64,000 bases of DNA from Epiperipatus broadwayi (Eukaryota > Animalia > Onychophora), in contig JAQFVV010000001.1 of assembly GCA_028023455.1 (NCBI GenBank), positions 31,248,001 through 31,312,000 on the forward strand. The letters are read 5' to 3'. The notes beneath the pieces were generated by a model. It ran no database searches. It saw only the letters and a program-made list of their open reading frames with translations, and was not told the origin of the DNA. Both the position numbers and the translations under genes were made by a program. The first letter of the stretch is position 1, and the number at the start of each line of letters is the position of its first letter. Below are positions 1 through 13,689 of this stretch, one piece after another.

Positions 1-120
1 ACAGTTTAATGAATATTAATATTTGACAAAATAAATAACTGCTGACATGAAAAAACATATTAAAATTTTATAAAGATTAAAATATTAAAATAAAATACAT
101 AATTAAATTAATTACTAAAC

Positions 121-737
121 TAAATTTAATACATTGTATAGGCTTAAACCTGCATTTATATATATGTAATATATGCAGGATTCAAACTCAGACTTTCACA
201 CGACCCACTACTCTCAGTGCCATCTCATATTGCTGACCCACCTGATCACACATATGTTGAAAAGATAAATAATCACCAATTTACATATTTCATGCTAAAC
301 CAGCAATCATCAGTTGGTCTAGATTATTATCACACATATTTATAATCAGTGCTCAGCTTTATAATAAGATAGCCAATCTTCATACTTTAATGGACAGGCT
401 TCAAATTATCCCAACTCACAACTTTTCAGCCTTCCATTTCATTGAAAATCTGATGATGGAATGTTCAAAGCCCTTGTTAGTGCCAAGGTTGTCATCCTCC
501 CATGTTGACATATTAGTCATTCTGACCCCTCATGTACAGGAGAATAATCCATTTATACATACATATGAGGGGGATGGGCAGACCTTTTACACACTATTTA
601 TATAAATTAATACATTGTACAGGATTAAACCTGCATTTATATATATGTAATATATGCGGGATTTGAACTCAGACTTTCACATGACTCACTACTCTTAGTG
701 CCATCTCATACTGCTGACCCACCTGATCACACACATG
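121..737 (-). mobile_element. Family A HHR/tRNA-box element, about 1.3 monomers (period 481 bp)
   Basis: 121-255 is directly repeated at 603-737 (ctcagactttcac at 187 and 668). Homologous to 11949-13022. Contains an HHR at 275-318. Confidence 0.8.
275..318 (-). ncRNA. Type I hammerhead ribozyme motif, family A (degenerate copy)
   Basis: Minus strand reads ACCAA CTGATGA TTGCT GGTTT AGCAT GAAA TATGTA AA TTGGT. Stem I is ACCAA/TTGGT, both core boxes are intact, stem II is TGCT/AGCA. U16.1 is mutated to A. Confidence 0.8.
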
Positions 738-1329
738 GAATAAACCACATATACCGATGATAGTAGAATACAATTTGATATTTCATCAAAAATATTTGGT
801 TAAATGGTATTTATAGATATGTAATTATCAAATATTAAAATGAAAATATTATGGATCACACAAATGCACATACACACACAAAAAAAATTAAAAAACTTTC
901 CCATGACAAAAAAAAAATGGTAGGATTTCAAAAACTAAAATTTAGCAAATAATATTTAACGAAAAAAACCAACAAATTACTTGCGTCTAATAATAAATGT
1001 AAGACATGCATAGTAAATATTAAAATTAATTTTTTTAATTAATAAATACAAAGATATAATTTACACAATTGAAAAAATACAAATTGTAAAAACAATAGTT
1101 TACAAAATATTAATATTTGACAAAAAAAAAACAAAAAAAAAACAATTTCTAGCATCTACTAACGAATGTAAGATAAAAATATTAAAATTAATAAATAAAA
1201 ATATAAAAACATATCATACATAACTAAAAAATTAAAACAAAAAATCACTAAAGTAACATAAAAACAATAATACAACTACTTATCAATTTATAAAATATTA
1301 AAATTAATACTGCAGTTAACAAATATTAC

Positions 1330-1648
1330 CTTACATGATCACTGTTTCTTATGCTAGCACATAACTGTTATTACATAGGCAAAACTCTCCATACAGTAGT
1401 GTTACTCAGTGTCAACCAGAGTAATCAATGGATGCCAGAAGGCTTGTGCATAAAATCCCCATCTAGATTTTAAGATCTACATACAGTGCTCTCAGATTCA
1501 AAGCTCTTCACTGATGAAGGCCACAAGCCAAAAAGTAGTCTGGGGATATAGAATGAGTAGGTACTAGATGGGCATTTTATGCACAAGCCTTCTGGCATCC
1601 ATTGATTACTCTGCATGGCACTGAGTGGCACTACTGTATGGAGAGTTT
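1330..1648. mobile_element. Family B HHR foldback element (~87 bp inverted arms around an HHR-bearing spacer)
   Basis: 1381-1467 (aaactctccatacagtagtg...ccccatctag) is the reverse complement of 1565-1648. Homologous to loci at 39.2, 50.0 and 61.6-62.5 kb. Confidence 0.8.
1507..1544 (+). ncRNA. Minimal type I hammerhead motif, family B (degenerate)
   Basis: TTCA CTGATGA AGGC CACAA GCC AAAAA GTAG TC TGGG. The GAAA box is mutated to AAAA. Confidence 0.6.
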
Positions 1649-1818
1649 AAAACTATTAATGCTCATTTTTAAAATATAATTTTTTAATTATCTCAAAGTA
1701 TGTAAGATTGTGTTTTATTTCTTCTCATGGCCAGAGAAAAGAAAAATGAAAAGAAGGAAATCAGGGATCAACCTTGATATTTGTAGGGGTCACCTCTAAC
1801 CTCTGATGTAACAAACAA

Positions 1819-1851
<33 letters not shown>

Positions 1852-1904
1852 GTTTTAGTCAAACTCATATTAAAACTGTAAAAAAAAATAGCAGAAAAAA
1901 TAAT

Positions 1905-3190
<1,286 letters not shown>

Positions 3191-3199
3191 ACAGACAGG

Positions 3200-4001
3200 A
3201 GTCAGGTAATTAGATAATCTAGATAAATAAATAAGTATATAGATAAACAGATATCTAAAATATGAATAGAAGAGGCAGCTGGCTATATAGATTGATGGAT
3301 TGATGGATGGATAAAAATGCATAAAAACCAGATGGATAAATTGATAGCTACAGATAGATTAATGGATAAATAATAAATGGGAAAATGGATGGATAAAAAG
3401 ACTGATTGATGAATAAATAGGTACAGAAATAAATAGATGGATTGATTAATGGATGAATGACAGATAGATAAAGAAATGTATACTTAGAATAGGCAGATAG
3501 TTGAATAGTGAATAGTTAAATAAATATATGCTTGGATAGTCTGATGGATGAATAGATAAATATGTACAGAGTTAGATATATGAATAGATTGCTGAAATAA
3601 ATAACACAGTAAATAGATTGTTCAATGGATAGATGATTGTATAGCTAAAGAGATGTGTAAATAGATAAAAAAAATCAGGTAGATAGTTGAAGAGATAAAT
3701 TAATAGGCAGATATGTAGATAGGAAAGATTGGTAAATGAATAGATAGATAGATAAATAAATGAATGGATGCATAAATATATAGATAGATGAAAGCAGGAC
3801 AATAGATAAATAGATTGATAATTATATAAATAGATAGCTAAACAGATAGAAATGCAAGTACATATACAGACAGATAAATAAATAGACTGGCATGTAGGTT
3901 GATACCTCAGTAGACAAATAAATAGATAGGTAAGGAATAGATTGGTGGCTAGATAGTTAAGTGAATGATTGAATGCATAGATAAATAGAAAACCAAAGCT
4001 A

Positions 4002-4059
<58 letters not shown>

Positions 4060-4560
4060 TATAGAGGCAGAAAAATAATAGATAGATATGTATATAGTTA
4101 TATAGGTAGGTAGACAGTTAAATAGATTTATAATACATGGGTGGAGCACTATATAATTAAATGGATGGTTAGATAGATGCCTAAGCAAATGGATTGGAAG
4201 AAAACATGATAAATAAATGGATGGATATAGAGATAGGTGGATAAAAATATAGAGTGGCAGACATATAGATAGATATATAAGTATACAGGTAGATAGATAA
4301 TGGATAGGTAAATTGCTAGGAAGTTAAATGGTCAGTTTAATGCATAAATAAATAGATAGGTAGAAAACCAGGTCTGCATGTATATGTATAGTTAAACAGA
4401 TAGATCGATAAACAGACAGATTACAAAGTTAATAAATAGGTAGGTATGTATATAAATAGATAAACAGATAAAGTGACAAATGATCAATAAATAGATATGT
4501 AAATAAGTAGAGTTAGATAGCTAATACTTGAATGGATAGTAAATAGCTAGATAATTAAAT
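3200..4560 (-). repeat. Degenerate GATA satellite (the same satellite in opposite orientation) containing (AT)n at 4005-4053
   Basis: The motif tgcataaataaatagataggtagaaaacca at ~4342 is the reverse complement of the left-side motif. Related copies lie at ~3769 and ~3975. Confidence 0.95.
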
Positions 4561-7400
4561 GGATTAATGGAGTTATTTCCCCCCATTTTTTGTCATCTGA
4601 CATTAACGGCTAAAAGTGATCTTTTTCAAATATCAAGGGTAATCTCTGATTTCTTCCTCTCCATTTTCCTTTTTCTCTATCTATATTCAGCAATAGAACA
4701 CAATCTTAAACGATTTGAAGTAATAAGAAAAACTACTTTAAAAAATTAACATTAATAGTTGTATTTATATATTGGCCTATTTTCATCATTTATTAAGGAT
4801 TCATAACTGTCTTTAGAAAATTCAACTTTATTTAAAAATTTCAATTACATTTAAATAAACTTTATTTTTTCTAAAGCCATTCAATACTTTATATTAAGTA
4901 ATGGGAATAATCCAATATATAAATACAATTAAAATATCATCATCACAAACCTTCAGAATAACATTAATAATATTGAAAACATACGATTTTTATGTAATAT
5001 TTGTTAATTATTGTATTAATTTTAATATTTGATAATAATTTTAATATGTGATAAACTGATAAGTAGTTATATGTGATTTAACATCATAGTTTTTACTGAT
5101 TTTATGTTGGTTTAATGATTTTTTATTTGTTTTAATTTTTTAATTATGTGCAATATGTTTTTGTAATTTTATTTCTTAATTTTAATATTTATTATGTGTG
5201 GCTTGTATCCTTAGCTACTGCAAGAAAATGTTTTTTTTGGGTCAAATATTAATAATTTCTAAATTATTGTTTCTGAAATTTTTATTTTTAATCATATGTA
5301 ATATGTTTTTGCATTTATTAGTTGTTAAATTAACTAATATTTAATATGCATGGCTTACATTTGTTACTAGATGCAAGTAATCCATTTTTTTTAGTTAAAT
5401 ATTATTTCTAAACTCTATTGTTTTTGAAATCCTGCTATTTTTTTGTTATGTAAAAGTTCTTGATTTTTTTTTTAGTATGTTTAAAAAATATCCATAATAT
5501 TTTGCTTTTAGTATTTGATAATTACAGATAAGACATCTATTTATTGATGAATGACATAAAATAAATACCATTTTTAACAACACATTTTTGATGAAATTTC
5601 AAATTATATTTCATTGCCATCATTATATGCATTTTATGCATAATATAGGTATATAATAAGCCTGTATTTCAGTTATTATATGCATTTTATTTTTTCTTAA
5701 TTTAATTTAGTAATTAATTTAATAATGAATTTTGTTTTAATTTTTTAATCTTTGTAAAAATAATTTTAACATATTTTCTATGTCATCAATAATGTAATAA
5801 TATAAAAGGGAACTTTATGATTGGACAAAAAAGAATACTCTTATAATCAACACAAAACTGTTATTTTTTTGATATTTTAAAAATAATTTTAAATAGAAAT
5901 TAAATTATAATTTTTTTTTTTTTGCTCTATACTTTCTTTACAAAAATTGTTTGGGTTTTAAAAGGAAATTCAAATAAATTTTATTTTATTCCAAATACAT
6001 TTTATCAATACTGTAAAATAACAAAAACTATTGTTCTGATTGTATGTTTAAATTTATTACTCTTTTTCTATATTTGCAAAGTTGACAAATTATTTTTGAT
6101 TTTATTTTTAATTATATTTCTAAAAAATAATTTTAAACATCTCCATAGATATGATTAAGAATTAAGATTTAATGATTAAAATAAAAAAATAGCAATTTAA
6201 TTAGAGATTGTCAACAAATATGCATAGTTAAAGGGTTAATGTGTAATTCATTTTTGTTTGTTTTAGTATTGATAACTATTGTGTAATTTCCATTTGGCTC
6301 TGCTTCTGAATTTAGTTTGGTGATGAACATGCCAAATAATGTTCAAAGCTTTAGCTTAAAATCCATAAAAGATTATATTATTATGTTCAGAACGTTTTGC
6401 ACTCCAATTTTGCAAACAACATATTTTAAATTTGACCAAAAATGTATGCCATTCATAAATATAATATTATATTACTTCATATTAATTATTTGATTTATTA
6501 TTATTAATACTTAATTGTTTTATTGATTTTATTAATAATTATTTCATGAAAAGGTTGATCAAGAATATTTATTGCTTTATCATGTTGTATGAATAGAATG
6601 CATTGATGTTTTTGCACCATCATAATATGTTGTTAGAGCCTATCAATATAGAGCCATGTGAACATTGTAGATCCCCAATTCTTAAGACAAAAAAAATAAA
6701 AAGACAACAATTATTTCTGTTTTATGCTATGCATGCAAAAATTATCAAGTTATTCATTTAATGAGAAGTGATAATACTTTCTTAATCTATAATGATTTGG
6801 GCTAAAAATAAGTGTAATCTAAGTTTCTACAATGTTTGAAAACTGTATATTTTTTTAACTTATTGTTGCCAATGAAAGAGATTATTGACCTGGAAAGTTC
6901 ACTAAAATTGTTGTACACCAGTTCAACTTATATAGGGAATTTGTACATTTATAATTCCAATCAAAACAAGAAGTCCTATTCAAAGAAATGTAAGATTTTT
7001 TGATCATGAAACGTAATGTAGAAGGATTGAAAATGCACATTTTATTTTTAAATAATGAAAAGAAATAGGCATCTGGCTCAGTCATATATTCAGATAAATA
7101 ATTATCCTGTGGAAATTTAAATGTAAAAGTTATCCCATCAATGCTTAAAATCAACAGAAATACTATGGTGACACAATGATAAAACTCCGCACACAATCCA
7201 TAAAGATTCTTGTTTGGAAACCAAATGAAAAATATTAAAAATGAAAAATATTAAATAAAGTTTTATTACATTTTTGATTGATATAATACATTATTATCAA
7301 GATATATTTGTTATTACTTTGTAATTATATTAAATAAATGGCACTGCTTTTAGATCATACCAGAAAGATTATACAATTATAACTCCTTTATAGATTTACA

Positions 7401-7444
7401 GCTTAGCATTGCTTTTGACCAGGCTGATCATATTCAGGGCACTA
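7401..7444 (-). ncRNA. Degenerate HHR-like motif at the PLE terminus (inverted copy)
   Basis: Minus strand: TAGTGCC CTGAATA T GATCA GCC TGGTC AAAA GC AA TGCTAAG. Resembles the PLE-type CTGAAGA-N-stemII-GAAA-GC layout. Confidence 0.5.
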
Positions 7445-8249
7445 AGATAGGTATATAGAAGAGAGAACATATAGGTTAATTAATATGCAAATTTGTAAAT
7501 TTATATATACCCCTTATGCAATAATGCAACACATCTTTTTTTATTTATTGTGTGGGTGTTATTTGCAATAAACTGCACCTCTTTATATTTTTCTCTTTCC
7601 ATCATTGAATTTAACACAAACCATTTCACTGTTGAGTGGATTGAAGTTGTGGCCTGAATCAATCTCATGCTCTAAAAATACCGACTTCATGTTGGGATCT
7701 GCTGTGTCACATTTGTATATATAATTGTGCTGGGCCAATCTAGTAGTGATGTTGGCACAAAAGTCACCATAGTAAATTGCTTTGCAAGTTGGTTCATTGC
7801 AACTAATTTTATAAATTATTTGAAGAGCCTGTCCAGAGATAACTTGTATTTGGTATTATTAAATATTTCATTGAGATTATAAGACAAATTTATTGTATCA
7901 CTATTAAGTCAATACCAAAGCAAAGCAATTAATAAATTTGAGTATTGAATGATTTATCTAAACTGCTACCTTCCCAGGAATTTTTTCAAGTGTGAAAATG
8001 CACAAAGCAAATGATCTCATGTTCTCAGGCTTTTAATAGACTTTGGTGGTGCTTATTTTATAAAACAGTCAAATTAATAGCTGAGTGGCTGATAGATCAT
8101 ATAGTTTTTTTCTCATGTGTCATAGCATCAGCTGGGAAGCAAACTCACTAACCTGGGATAACTGTTTTTAAAGCAGCTGTTGGTGACTTCTCAACCACCA
8201 ATGATTGACTAGATCATATAGTTTTCAGTAGATTTGCTATAAAATTCTC

Positions 8250-9029
8250 ATTTATTTGCACAAAGCTCTTAAATTCACAAATATATAGCCCCTAACATAG
8301 GCTCACTGCATTAAATATAGTGGAGATTTATGGTTCAGCAACACACAATCCATTGGCATAATTCACAACACATTAGTCAAATCAGGCTTTGATAATAAAA
8401 AAACAAATTTTTCTGTTGATGCTCTCAAATAAATGGATGAGGACATCACAGCTCTGTCCAGTGTAAGATTTTACATGATAGAACATAGCTGGTTTATAGG
8501 GTTATAATAAGTGATGTGGTTTGTAGCATAGCATTGAACAAATTTAAAGTGGAAGTCATCCCCAAGACATTTTGCCACAGCTATCTTATTTCTGTACATA
8601 TGCTACATTGACAATGTACTGATTTATGCTGAAGAGAAAACTATCATTGTTATATGGGATGAGTTGAATCAGTTATCCTCTTTAGTCTGAACAATAGAGA
8701 ATAAAGACACATCAAATGGACATCCAACACTCCAATGTGCAAATAAACTACAAAATGATTATCAAAACCATCAACTTTCTTGGTGTTATTCACCTTTGTT
8801 CACACACTTCCACCTCAAACAAATTAGCTGACTTTAAATGTTTTCTATACCAAAACTATAAGCTATATAAGTTTGAGGTAAACAGGAAAAAATATCTACT
8901 CAATTTAAGATTTGATCATAATTGTTTGAGTTCTTAAAAAATTCTACTCCACATTAAACACCAGACCTGAATTACAACAACACTAATGCATGGATTAGCC
9001 ATATTTTTATACTAGGTACATCACAAAAG
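8250..9029 (+). pseudogene. PLE reverse transcriptase remnant (frameshifted)
   Basis: IYGSATHNPLA at ~8326-8358. YICYIDNVLI with YIDN (decayed YxDD) at 8604-8615. Thumb-like HLCSHTSTSNKLADFKCFLYQNYKL in ORF 8716-8937. Confidence 0.75.
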
Positions 9030-9440
9030 TTGAAGACAATCTACTCAAATGAATTCAATATATTATCTTTAAGATCCCCCCCCTCCCTTAATCTCAATCA
9101 CCTATTGGATGACATCAAAGACAAGTTATCTCCAGACCAGATTTTTCAAATAATCTATAAAATTAATTGCAATGAACTAACTTGCAAAGCAATTTACTAT
9201 GGTGAGGCTTGTGTTAACAGCATTACTAGATTAGCACAGCATAAATATATATACAATTGCATCAAAACAGACTCCAATATAAAGTCAGTGTTTTTAGAAC
9301 ATAAGATTGACTCTAGCCACAATTTTAATCCATTCAACATCAAATTGGTTTGTGCTGAGTGCAATGATAAAAAGAGAAATTATAAAGAGATGTCTTTTAT
9401 TGCAGATAATGCCCATGTCATAAATAAAAAAAATCTCATG
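9030..9440 (+). pseudogene. PLE GIY-YIG (Uri) endonuclease domain
   Basis: ORF 9030-9536 contains IIYKINC..CKAIYYGE....TRLAQH...SVFLEH..DSSHNF...KRNYKE..FI...IN, the standard PLE endonuclease pattern. Confidence 0.88.
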
Positions 9441-9523
9441 TATAGCATTATCATACAAGTAGTATATTTAAATTCACAAACTTGCATACTAATTAACATA
9501 CGTCCTTTCTTCTATATACCTAT

Positions 9524-9568
9524 TTTAGTGCTATGAATATGACCAGCTTAGTCAAGAGCTATGCTAAG
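9524..9568 (+). ncRNA. Degenerate HHR-like motif at the PLE 3' terminus
   Basis: TTTAGTGCT ATGAATA T GACCA GCT TAGTC AAGA GC TA TGCTAAG. Mirror of 7401-7444. Confidence 0.45.
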
Positions 9569-9967
9569 CTGTAAAGAAGTATAATCTTTCTTACATAGTG
9601 AACCTGTTCTATCTATTGAATTACAAATGAATAAGGAAATAAATAAATGACTGAATTATTTTTATTGTTATTTAATTTATTTTTTACACTTTTATAATTA
9701 TATTTGTACTTATAAATGCATTTATTGTATATGGTGAACCCAATTTATAATTTGTCAACTGGTGGATTCCAGTGATATAATAATAACTGGTGGAAACAAA
9801 GAAACATCATTGGCAGGTGCATGTATGCCAGCATATAATTGATTACACTCATTAATGTTTTTTTAATAAAATGGAGAAGATAAACAATCTTTAAGCATTT
9901 AGATTTTTCTATTGTATAAGATTACGGGAATGAATAAACAAACATCAAACTCTTGGTTGGGGACCTG

Positions 9968-10163
9968 ATATGGTTTTTATTCTTATTCTAATTTCTACTA
10001 CTGGAAGCTATTAGTTGAGTATTGCTATTGCTCCTTGACATAACGCACTGCTAATAATTTCTTAGTTTGTGTATGGTTGGGTGTGGTGGACGTAGTATGT
10101 TTTTTATCCTGGTTCTAATTCCTGCTACTGAAATCATTACTAGTTGAGATTTGCTATTGCTTC
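9968..10163 (+). repeat. Diverged direct repeat, period ~127 bp
   Basis: ttctaatt.ct.ctactg.aa...tagttgag..ttgctattgct at ~9986-10033 and ~10113-10162. Confidence 0.7.
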
Positions 10164-10582
10164 ACATAGTATAAGGGTTAAAGATTAGTTTATACATGCG
10201 CGTTTTTATTTTTGAAAATATCGCACTTTAGTAAATAACAATATTCTTAACTTGATATTCTCTAATATTCAAAATATTTTTAATAAATTTTAATTACTCT
10301 TACTGATATCATTATTCTTAATCTAAATATAGGTAATTAGATGTTTAATTAAACCATAATTAAAAATCATTAATTAGATTAATTTAAATAGATCTTGCTA
10401 ATTCACAAATTAATGCTTTATTATAGAAAGGTGTTATTTAATTCTTCATTATTATTTTCAATACATTATTTTCATAAAATAATTTTTATTTAATTAAAAT
10501 ATTATGTTTTTTTTTTTTTTTTTTAAATAACAACAGGATTGTTTATTCTTTAAACAAAAAACAATGCAATTAGTAAGTTTAA

Positions 10583-10696
10583 ATGGTAATTTAATTTTGA
10601 TTGTTTTATTTTAATCAAGATGTTTTCAATTAAGTAAGATATTTTTTGGTAATTTAATTTTGATTATTTTATTTTAATCAAGATGTTTTCAATTAA
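10583..10696 (+). repeat. Direct duplication of ~50 bp, period ~63 bp
   Basis: tggtaatttaattttgatt.ttttattttaatcaagatgttttcaattaa occurs twice. Confidence 0.9.
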
Positions 10697-12052
10697 ATGT
10701 GATAGTTTTCTTTATTCTTATTAATCTTTTTTTTTTAAAAAAAAAACCCGTTATATGTTTCAGTTATAGTAATAAAAAATACATCTTTTATTCTATATGT
10801 TTTGCTGATTCACGTAGTAGATATATCTGACGTACAGTTAAAAAAAGAGGAGAAATGAAACTCTTAAATATTTCAATACCTCTGATTAGAGTTTTTCTGT
10901 AATGCTAGGTGAAGTTCATCATTTGGATGCTCGACTCTAATGAGAATTGTGCGCGCAAACTAATTTACTATAATTAAGAAAATAGAATATTTAATCCTTG
11001 TAAATAAAACATTTTAAAATGTAAATTAAAATTTAAAAACAAAAAAGCATCGACCTTAAATTGAACTTTTCTATTGTAGTAAACAGCACATCGGAGGATG
11101 GTTGAGGAAATAAACAACACTTTCCATCAAAATCATATATTGATAGTCATTAATAATGTATTTCTTCTGCAATGAAAAATTCTAATATAACTATCTTATA
11201 TAATAATAAATTTACGTTATTTTTTTTTTGCAAACCTATTTGTTAAATGATTATCTCAACTTTATTCTTATGATGACTTGGTAGAGATTGTTTAAAAATC
11301 ACATCGATTTATTAATTACAATCTTTATAGATGTTTCCAATAGTCATTAACCTTGAAAAAAAAATTAAATTGCTTCATTATAAGAAAAAATGCAAATTGA
11401 AATTCTGTTTATGACATAATTGATCTTTTCTTTATTATGGTTTGATTGTTTAATCGTTTCACAGTGTCATGTAAAGGCAGTTTCAAAATATCATTTATTA
11501 TACATATTAATTATTACTGTTTTATTAATTAGAAGTATAAATATTTTTAAAAACAATAGAAACATACTATAAGTAAATTTCAGTATTATTAGATTTAACT
11601 TGACTAAAACTAGTAGAAAAAAATTTCCACTATTGCTTTAATTAATTGAATATTTAACACATAGAAAGTAAAAAGCAATGATATCATAAACTGATCAGGA
11701 ATATATTTTTAATATTTATTTTCACTCAATAATTGAATATGGTAAAGTTTCCTAGTTAATATATGACTTCAATTTTAAGTCGTGAAATATAACAGCTTTT
11801 TTTTTTAGTTTAAAACATAGATAACCTTGTGAAATTTTCCAATAGAGTGCCCATAATCAGAAAATTATATTATTGATCAGTTAGTTAATTCTTCAATTTT
11901 ATAGAAAGAATAAATTAAAATATTCATCAATACATTAGTCAGAACAGTAAATATAGAGAATTTGAACTCAGACTTTCAAGCAACCTTCAACTATCCACAC
12001 TATCTCATACTACTGATATACATGATCATCACATTTAAAAAGACAAATAATC

Positions 12053-12096
12053 ACCAACATATGTATTTCATGCTAAACCAGCACTCATCAGTTGGT
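12053..12096 (-). ncRNA. Type I hammerhead motif, family A (best-preserved copy)
   Basis: ACCAA CTGATGA GTGCT GGTTT AGCAT GAAA TACATA TG TTGGT. Core intact, 5-bp stems I and II, position 17 is G. Confidence 0.85.
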
Positions 12097-12526
12097 CCAG
12101 ATTATCATCTCTCTCACACATATATAATCAGTGCTCAGTTCATATTAAGATAGCAAATCTTTATACTTTAATGAACATACTTAAATTTACTACAATCTCC
12201 ATCTCTTTGGCCATCTATACCATTGAAAATCTTATGATAGAATGCCCAAATCCCATGCTGATGCTAATATTGTAGTTATGCCCATGTTGATCTTAAGTCA
12301 CTCTGACCTCTCATGTATAGGACAGTATCCATTTAAATACATAGAAGAGGGATGGTCTGAATGCAGGTTTAATGTGTAAGATTTAAAATGGAGGCATTCT
12401 TATACCTGGAACTTAATTATAAATATAGGGGATTTGAACTGAGACTTTCAAATAACCTTTAACTATCTACATTATCTCATCCTACTGAGACACATCACTA
12501 CACATATGTAGAAAAGATAAATAATC

Positions 12527-12570
12527 ACCAATATATGTATTTCATACTGAATCAGCACTTATCATTGGGT
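12527..12570 (-). ncRNA. Type I hammerhead motif, family A (degenerate)
   Basis: ACCCA ATGATAA GTGCT GATTC AGTAT GAAA TACATA TA TTGGT. Confidence 0.7.
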
Positions 12571-12729
12571 TTAGATTATCATCCCCCCCCAGATATATAT
12601 ATATAATCAATGCTCAGTTTATATTAAGATAGCAAATCTATGGATGGCAGAAGAGTTGGAGGTTGGAGTAGATTGAAGCCTGTCCATTAAAGTATAAAGA
12701 TTTGCTATCTTAATATAAACTGAGCACTG

Positions 12730-12811
<82 letters not shown>

Positions 12812-12827
12812 GGAGATGATAATCTGG

Positions 12828-12871
12828 ACCAACTGGTGAGTGCTGGTCTAGCACAAAATATACATATTGAT
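12828..12871 (+). ncRNA. Type I hammerhead motif, family A (degenerate, inverted copy)
   Basis: ACCAA CTGGTGA GTGCT GGTCT AGCAC AAAA TATACA TA TTGAT. Confidence 0.72.
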
Positions 12872-13465
12872 TATTATTGATCTTTTCTACATGTGGCTAG
12901 TCATGGGTATCAGTAGAATGATATAGTGTGGATAGTTGAAGGTTGCTTAAAAGTCTGAGTTCAAATCCCTTATATTTACAATTAAGTTCCCATGTATAAG
13001 AATGCCTGTATTTCAAATCTTAACCAGATGAGTCCACACTGAGAAACACTACTGAGGTAAGATGGAAAGATATTCATCCATATACATATCTTTTTAAAAA
13101 TATATATATTCATGATCAAGTATTAATTGATGGGTAATATTTTGAAAATTTTTAGTTGAGCTTAGTGGAACCACCCACATATATTTTTCTAACATTTCTA
13201 ACTCTTGTTTTACTTGTAACAATTTTCCTTTCATTATATCTTTTATAATTCCTTTACTTATGCAATGCAGTTCTTATTTTTCTTTATTATTTTTTAATAA
13301 ATAAGTTGTTTTTTTCATTAACTTTTTCAGCACTTATTTTTTGTAGTCTTTTCCAAATCTAGACCTTTTATTCTTTTAGTTTTATCTTTTTTTCAATTGT
13401 CCATTTTTCCACTCTAAATAATAAGCAATTATTTTATCTAGCGCAGTGTTTACAATTATATTACA

Positions 13466-13689
13466 TTCAAATATCAGCCTTTCAAGCTAATTGAGCATGC
13501 GCCTTTTGAGAGTGTTAAATAAATGAATACTTTCCTCTTCAATCCAAGATATAGTATTTATGCAGGAACAAGAAGGATCCTTTTTGTTCCTGCATAAATA
13601 CTATATCTTGGATTGAAGAGGAAAGTATTCATTTATTTAACACTCTCAAAAGGCGCATGCTCAATTAGCTTGAAATGCTGATATTTGAA
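13466..13689. repeat. 224-bp spacerless near-perfect palindrome (palindromic MITE-like)
   Basis: Two 112-bp arms centred on GGATCC (13575-13580). Only two mismatched pairs seen. Confidence 0.95.

Larger units (their letters stand above)
7385..9580 (+). mobile_element. Penelope-like retroelement remnant with an inverted 3' segment at its 5' end
   Basis: RT motifs and GIY-YIG ORF on + (8250-9440). 7385-7930 is a diverged reverse complement of ~9060-9575 (e.g. cttgcaaagcaatttactatggtga in both orientations). Confidence 0.85.
11949..13022. mobile_element. Family A locus: ~1.45 tandem monomers (period 474) fused head-to-head to an inverted partial monomer
   Basis: gaact.agactttcaa at ~11965 and ~12436. 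HHRs at 12053 and 12527 (-) and 12828 (+). 12378-12638 is the reverse complement of ~12700-13022. Junction at ~12639. (TA)n(GT)n expansion at 12734-12810. Confidence 0.85.

Noticed and set aside
444-480. Second CTGATGA on + in family A
   Set aside because: No GAAA box or stem I partner; the second copy reads CTTATGA.
390-605. ORF 390-605, and likewise 11962-12153
   Set aside because: They lie antisense within family A monomers and are not conserved as a frame between copies.
6882-7196. 104-aa minus ORF as a possible mariner/maT fragment
   Set aside because: Only vague resemblance; no DDE/D motif or TIR found.
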